20,818 bases of DNA from Polyangiaceae bacterium (GTDB lineage Bacteria; Myxococcota_A; Polyangia; Polyangiales; Polyangiaceae): positions 148,530-169,347 of the forward strand of contig JBNKBE010000008.1 of assembly GCA_050287085.1 (NCBI GenBank). Direction: 5' to 3'. Below, piece by piece: positions 16,357 through 20,818 of this stretch; the stretch's first letter is position 1; each line of letters starts with the position of its first letter. The notes below the pieces were generated by a model, which saw nothing but the letters and a program-made list of their open reading frames with translations, had not been told where the DNA came from and made no database searches. The position numbers and the translations under genes are program-made.

Positions 16357-16402
16357 ACGCGTCCGGATCCCCACGCGAGAGGACCCGAACGGGCCGCGCC
16401 GT

Positions 16403-17107
16403 CTAGAATTCGACGCTCAGAATACTGAAGCAAGTCTGCGAACACCAGCCGTCGCCGGGCTGTAGGGAAGGATCTTCGAAGCCGTCCATCTCCGGGTCAT
16501 AGGGGGTGAGGGAGCAGTAGACGGCGGCATCGAGCAGGAAGTTGTCTGCGGGAGCGGTTTCCTCCAAACAGGCTGCCAGGTCGGCTTCCGGATCGACGCT
16601 TTCCATGCCCGGGCTGCTCCGCATGTCCATGCACGTGCGGAAGTCGTTCCAGGCGCCGAAGCACTCGTCGTTGTCGTCGCATTCGGCTCGGGCATCGCAG
16701 CAGCGTTCGTACATGCAGCTATCACACGCGTCCGTGAGCTCCGACTCGAGCTGGGCGCTACACCACATGACCTTTTCTTCGTCCGTGAGTCCACCCGACA
16801 TCATGGCGTCGGGCATGTCGCCGCCCGAATCCTTCACCGTCGTGTCGTCATCGGCGGGCATGTCGCCGCCCGAATCCTTCGCTGTCGTGTCGTCATCGGC
16901 GGGCATGTCGCCGCCGGAATCCTTCGTTGTCGTGTCGTCATCAGCGGGTGCGCTAGTGCCGGCGTCGTCCTTGGGCTTGTCGTCGTCGTTGAAGAAATCA
17001 TCGTCATCGAAGAGAGAGCCCCCGTCGAAGTCGCCGTCGCCGACGCTAACGACGCAGCCAGTAGCCAGGGGAAGGGCGGCAAAAGCTAAGTATTTCAAGA
17101 ATTTCAT
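16403..17107 (-). CDS. Acidic, Cys-rich lipoprotein with a repetitive linker (hypothetical)
   Basis: MKFLKYLAFAALPLATG-C lipobox and SD-like GGAG upstream. Asp-rich N-terminal part, 3x15-aa repeat, and a C-terminal domain with 12 Cys (CxxC-x4-CC pattern). Confidence 0.85.
   Translation of the reverse strand: MKFLKYLAFAALPLATGCVVSVGDGDFDGGSLFDDDDFFNDDDKPKDDAGTSAPADDDTTTKDSGGDMPADDDTTAKDSGGDMPADDDTTVKDSGGDMPDAMMSGGLTDEEKVMWCSAQLESELTDACDSCMYERCCDARAECDDNDECFGAWNDFRTCMDMRSSPGMESVDPEADLAACLEETAPADNFLLDAAVYCSLTPYDPEMDGFEDPSLQPGDGWCSQTCFSILSVEF
16811..16945 (-). repeat. In-frame tandem repeat, 3 x 45 bp, encoding ADDDTT(T/A/V)KDSGGDMP
   Basis: Units at 16811-16855, 16856-16900 and 16901-16945 are near-identical at nucleotide level. 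Confidence 0.95.
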
Positions 17108-17491
17108 GGGATGTATCTCCGAGGGTCGCGAGGCGGCCCCTTCAGCGTGGCAGCCCGGATGGGGCCCTCTGCGAACGAGTCATTGGCATGTCGGGGGGGC
17201 GCGCCCGACTGGGGCTTCACGCTATTGCGTTAGGGTATCGTGATCTAGTTAGCGTATCGCGATTCCTTGCGCTCTGCACGACGGACGCGGCCCGAGCCGA
17301 GTCTGTCTTTGGCATTGGAAGCTACGGTGGAACTCTGCCTTGACTTCCTTGTTCGGACAGCAAAACGGCGCCCTGGTGGATGACTTTGCTCTGTTTTGGG
17401 CGAGCCTGGCTTCGAGCCCGTTGTTCGGTCACACGGCCGTTTCTGCGGGGGGCTTGCCGCGTTGGCCTCAGATGGCAGATGCTGCCGTACC

Positions 17492-18706
17492 GTGCCCAAG
17501 GTCCTGCACATAGAAGACGATCCCGCCAACCGACTCTTGGTACGAAAGCTGCTGGCTCCGCAAGGTTTCGAGGTGGTGGACGCGGTTGATGGTCTGGATG
17601 GCATTCAGAAGGCGTGCGCGGAGCGGCCGGATCTGGTGCTGGTAGACATCGCTATCCCGGGCCTGGATGGCTACGAAGTGACCCTGCGTCTGCGCGGTGA
17701 GTCGGAGCTTGATGGCGTGCCTATTGTGGCCATCACCGCCGAGGGCAATCGGGAGACGAGTGTTGCTGTGGGGGCCGATGGCTTCATCGAGAAGCCGATC
17801 GATGCACGCACTTTCGCGGACACGGTGCGCTCTTACCTCGGGGGACAGAAGGAACACGTGGGCCCCACGGAAGACACGCTTCGACAGCAGAGTCGGCGCA
17901 TCGTGGGCCACCTGGAGGAGAAGCTCCAACAGCTGAGCGAAGCCAACCGCCGTCTGATCGAGCTCGACGACGCGCGGAAGGAGTTCTATCGCAACATCTC
18001 TCACGAGCTCTCAACGCCGATGACGCCGATCGTGGGGTATGTCCGCCTGCTTTGTGACGGCGAGTTAGGCCCGCTCACCGCGCAGCAAGAAAAGGCGATG
18101 CGGGCCATCGACGAATGCGCGGCCCGCTTGCGGGGTTTGATCGACAATCTATTGGACGTCACCGCGATCGAGACCGATCGCATGCGCTTTGTATTCAAAG
18201 ACTACGATCTGACCGCCGTCTGTGCGGCGCAAGTTGCGCGCATGCGACCCGAGTTTGAGCGCAGGCAAATCCTGCTGCACGCTGAGCTACCCTCGACGCG
18301 ACTGCTCGGCATTGGGGATCCCGATCGTATCAGCCGCGCTTTTGAGCAGCTCCTGAGCAACGCAGTGAAGTTCACGCCCGAAGGGGGCAAGGTATTTGTG
18401 TACGTGGGCGAACACGGCGAGCAAGAGTTTGAGATCCGCGTCACGGACTCGGGTCCAGGGGTGCCGGAGCAGGTGCGTACCCGCGTCTTCGAGCCCTTCT
18501 TTCAGGCAGACGGCTCCGTGACACGAGGATTTGGTGGGGCTGGCGTGGGCCTGGCTGTCGTTCGCGGCGTCGCTCGGGGACATGGTGGCAGTGTGAATCT
18601 GCGTTCCCCTGCAAACGAGCTGGTTATGGGTGAGGTGCTGCGGGGGGCCAGCTTCTCGATGGTTTTTGCTCGTTCCGCGCGGGCACTATTGCCCAAGAAG
18701 CACTGA
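17492..18706 (+). CDS. Hybrid histidine kinase (N-terminal REC, HisKA, HATPase_c), cytoplasmic
   Basis: Probable GTG start at 17492. REC: VLHIEDD...DLVLVDIAIPGLDG...VAITA...IEKP. H-box ISHELSTP, N-box QLLSNAVKFT, G1 DSGPGV, F-box FEPFFQ, G2 GGAGVGL. Confidence 0.93.
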   Translation: MPKVLHIEDDPANRLLVRKLLAPQGFEVVDAVDGLDGIQKACAERPDLVLVDIAIPGLDGYEVTLRLRGESELDGVPIVAITAEGNRETSVAVGADGFIEKPIDARTFADTVRSYLGGQKEHVGPTEDTLRQQSRRIVGHLEEKLQQLSEANRRLIELDDARKEFYRNISHELSTPMTPIVGYVRLLCDGELGPLTAQQEKAMRAIDECAARLRGLIDNLLDVTAIETDRMRFVFKDYDLTAVCAAQVARMRPEFERRQILLHAELPSTRLLGIGDPDRISRAFEQLLSNAVKFTPEGGKVFVYVGEHGEQEFEIRVTDSGPGVPEQVRTRVFEPFFQADGSVTRGFGGAGVGLAVVRGVARGHGGSVNLRSPANELVMGEVLRGASFSMVFARSARALLPKKH

Positions 18707-18725
18707 ACGTCGCACAGCGGGAGCC

Positions 18726-19823
18726 ATGTCTGAGTTGGCCGTTTATTGGGACTACAACAGCACGGCTCCACCCAAGCCAGGGGTGCTCGAAGCGATGCGC
18801 GAGGTGGAGGCGGTGGCCTGGGGCAATCCCGCAAGCGTGCACCGAGCCGGGCGCGCTGCGCGGGCGGTGCTAGAGAAGGCGCGCGAGACGATCGCGGGGC
18901 ATCTCGACATCTACCCGCGGGACCTGGTGTTCACGAGCGGCGGTACGGAGGCCAACAACCTTGGACTCGCCGGTGACGGTCCACTGGTGGTCAGTCGTTT
19001 GGAGCACCCGTCCGTGACGGCTTGGGCTGAGCTAGAGGCTGCGCGGGGACGGTGTGTTCGTTGGGCAGACGTAAGCGAAGACGGGACCGTGACGGCGGAG
19101 GCGCTCGATGCGGCACTCGCCTCCGCTCCGAAGGGGGCCACCGTGGCGCTGATGGCCGTCAATCACGAGACGGGGGTTGTTCAGGACCTGGAAGGAGCGG
19201 CCCAAGTTGCCATGCGCCGCCGGGCCCGCTTGCACGTCGATGCGGTGCAATGGGTCGGCAAAGCGTCGCCGAGCGTATTGGCGTACGCCGATACACTTTC
19301 CATCGGGGCCCACAAGCTAGGAGGCCCCAAAGGGATTGGCGCCCTTGCGTTTCGGGGCGCCCCCCCAAGCGCTGTATTGGCTGGAGGAGCGCAGGAGCGG
19401 GGTCTCCGACCGGGCACGCAAGCCGCTACGCTGGCTCGGGGATTTGCACGCGCCATCGAACTGATAGATCTTTCAGCGCAACAATCGCTGGCCGCCCTGC
19501 GCGACCGCCTCGACCTCGAGCTGGCTCCCTATTCGGAAAGGAACGGCTCCGGGGCGCGCCTCCCTCACGTCACCAATCGGAGCTTCTTCAATTGGCGGGG
19601 GCCTGAACTGGTGGCGGCCCTGGATCTCGAGGGCATTGAGTGCGCGAGCGGTAGCGCGTGCAGCGCTGGCACCACGGAGCCGTCGACGGTGATCGCGGCC
19701 ATGGCGGGCGCTGAACGCGCCGGTCGCGCGGTGCGCTTCAGCCTCGGCTACGCGAGCACGGGTGCAGAACTGGAGCAGGCCCTTCCATTGCTCCGTCGGG
19801 TGCTTGACTTGGCCGGCGGCTAG
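18726..19823 (+). CDS. Cysteine desulfurase (IscS/NifS-type, class V PLP enzyme)
   Basis: From the ATG at 18726 (GGGAG SD): YWDYNSTAP, GNPASVH, FTSGGTEANN, EHPSV, NHETG, HVDAVQ, AHKLGGPKG (PLP Lys) and SGSACS (catalytic Cys). Confidence 0.93.
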   Translation: MSELAVYWDYNSTAPPKPGVLEAMREVEAVAWGNPASVHRAGRAARAVLEKARETIAGHLDIYPRDLVFTSGGTEANNLGLAGDGPLVVSRLEHPSVTAWAELEAARGRCVRWADVSEDGTVTAEALDAALASAPKGATVALMAVNHETGVVQDLEGAAQVAMRRRARLHVDAVQWVGKASPSVLAYADTLSIGAHKLGGPKGIGALAFRGAPPSAVLAGGAQERGLRPGTQAATLARGFARAIELIDLSAQQSLAALRDRLDLELAPYSERNGSGARLPHVTNRSFFNWRGPELVAALDLEGIECASGSACSAGTTEPSTVIAAMAGAERAGRAVRFSLGYASTGAELEQALPLLRRVLDLAGG

Positions 19824-19829
19824 CCGCCG
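19814..19829. terminator. 16-bp perfect palindrome spanning the desulfurase stop codon, between convergent genes
   Basis: CGGCGGCTAGCCGCCG is self-complementary and contains the TAG stop. Confidence 0.35.
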
Positions 19830-19846
19830 CGGGTAGACGCAGGGGG

Positions 19847-20599
19847 CTACTGGCCGGAGCGGGCTTTACGCTCTCGCTGACCGTGAACCTCGTAGAGGGC
19901 CAGCGCTGCCGCGACCGACGCGTTCAACGAGTCGATCGTGTGGGGGAGAGCGAGGCGGGCCAGGGTATGGCAGCTGCGCTTGACGGCCCGGGACAAGCCG
20001 GCCCCCTCGCTGCCGAGCACAAGCACAACAGGACCTGTGAGATCCAGCTCGGACAAGGGCCCAGGAGCGTGGGCGTCGAGTCCCACCACCATGAAGCCAG
20101 AGCTCGACGCATCGAAGACCGCCTGACGTAGCGACGGCACCCGGGCTAAGCGAGCGTGCTCGATGGCGCCCGCGGAAGCACGGAAAGTGGCTGGTGTCAG
20201 CGGCGCTGCCGAGTTTTCGGGCCACACCACGGGGCATAGTCCGAGCCCTACCGCGCTGCGCACTACCGCGCCGAAGTTCTGAGGATCCTGAACCCCGTCC
20301 AGGAGCAGCAGCAAGTCCTCTGATTCGAGCAGGCCTCCGAGAGGCGAGAGCTTCAGGGCGGGTGCTTCGGCCACCGCCCCTTGATGCAAGCCCCCATGGG
20401 CTAGGCGATCGAGCAGAGCACGAGGCGCTTCTTCCACGTTTAGACCGTGCTGACTTGCCAGGGCGTACAACCCCTCATTTCGCTTGCTGCGCGGCTCGAG
20501 TAGCAGGCGCGAGACGGCCGGGCCGTGAACTCGCAAGACTTCCTTGACCGGCTGGATACCGATCACGAGACGCGTTTTAGGGGGCAGGGGGGCCTTCAT
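19847..20599 (-). CDS. rlmB: TrmH/SpoU-family RNA 2'-O-methyltransferase, RlmB-like (23S rRNA Gm2251)
   Basis: IGIQPVKE, HQGAVA, LDGVQDPQNFGAVVRSA, RASAGA, LVLGSEGAGLSR and DSLNASVAAALALYE: SPOUT motifs plus the N-terminal substrate-binding domain. Confidence 0.88.
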   Translation of the reverse strand: MKAPLPPKTRLVIGIQPVKEVLRVHGPAVSRLLLEPRSKRNEGLYALASQHGLNVEEAPRALLDRLAHGGLHQGAVAEAPALKLSPLGGLLESEDLLLLLDGVQDPQNFGAVVRSAVGLGLCPVVWPENSAAPLTPATFRASAGAIEHARLARVPSLRQAVFDASSSGFMVVGLDAHAPGPLSELDLTGPVVLVLGSEGAGLSRAVKRSCHTLARLALPHTIDSLNASVAAALALYEVHGQRERKARSGQ

Positions 20600-20710
20600 G
20601 ATGACTCTGTTCCGGACCGCTCATCGTCGGCCACGCGGTCTTCGGCTCATCCGCCTCTCGTGCACGACGGACACGGCCACCTGGGGGACCTAAGGGCGTC
20701 TAGCTTCAGT

Positions 20711-20818
20711 TGCGCCGGTTAGAAGCTGCGCTGGTTAGAAACTGCGCTGGTTAGAAACTGCGCTGGTTAGAAACTGCGCTGGTTAGAAACTGCGCTGGTT
20801 AGAAACTGCGCTGGTTAG
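20711..20818. repeat. Non-coding 16-bp tandem repeat (TGCGCTGGTTAGAAAC)n, at least 6.75 copies, truncated by the window end
   Basis: The first unit, TGCGCCGGTTAGAAGC, has 2 mismatches. Five perfect units and a 12-nt partial unit follow to position 20818. There are no spacers. Confidence 0.97.

Noticed and set aside
12372..16374. Long antisense or alternative-frame ORFs (e.g. 12372-13211 minus, 14514-15230 minus, 15646-16374 minus)
   Set aside because: They are shadows of well-supported genes caused by GC-rich codon bias, and have no recognisable motifs.
16811..16945. CRISPR-like or mobile repeat
   Set aside because: It is an in-frame coding tandem repeat without spacers, inside a lipoprotein ORF.
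17108..17491. ncRNA or small ORF in the ~385-nt divergent intergenic region
   Set aside because: Only short GC hairpins and a mildly AT-rich promoter-like patch are visible, with no RNA family recognisable by eye. An Rfam/Infernal scan would settle it.
20711..20818. CRISPR array or eukaryote-type telomere (the unit contains GGTTAG)
   Set aside because: The units are contiguous with no spacers, 16 bp is too short for a CRISPR repeat, and there are no cas genes. The unit is not (TTAGGG)n, and the GGTTAG resemblance alone is not evidence of a chromosome end.

Overview
A high-GC bacterial chromosomal segment. The Cys-rich lipoproteins, Cys-type Lgt and sensor-less hybrid kinase suggest Myxococcota (Polyangiaceae-like); this taxonomy is an inference. 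On the minus strand (6970 to 17) is a tightly packed run: MrfA/SftH/Hrq1-like DEAH helicase with a C-terminal four-Cys (DUF1998-like) domain, two GT-B/GT4 glycosyltransferases, a small Cys-rich lipoprotein, cyaY and a PST-family Wzx flippase. Divergent from it are lspA, lgt and a lipoprotein. These are followed by coaE, a secreted PQQ-like beta-propeller gene coupled to an MrfB/YprB-like DEDDh exonuclease, leuS, a DUF72 protein, an acidic Cys-rich lipoprotein with 3x45-bp repeats, a REC-HisKA-HATPase kinase, a cysteine desulfurase and an RlmB/TrmH methyltransferase. The window ends inside a non-coding 16-bp tandem array. No rRNA, tRNA, CRISPR array or mobile element was recognised. Most genes are housekeeping. 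The most notable signals are a split MrfAB-like DNA-repair pair, each half joined to envelope genes, a possible LexA-like dyad before the helicase, and the terminal 16-bp array.
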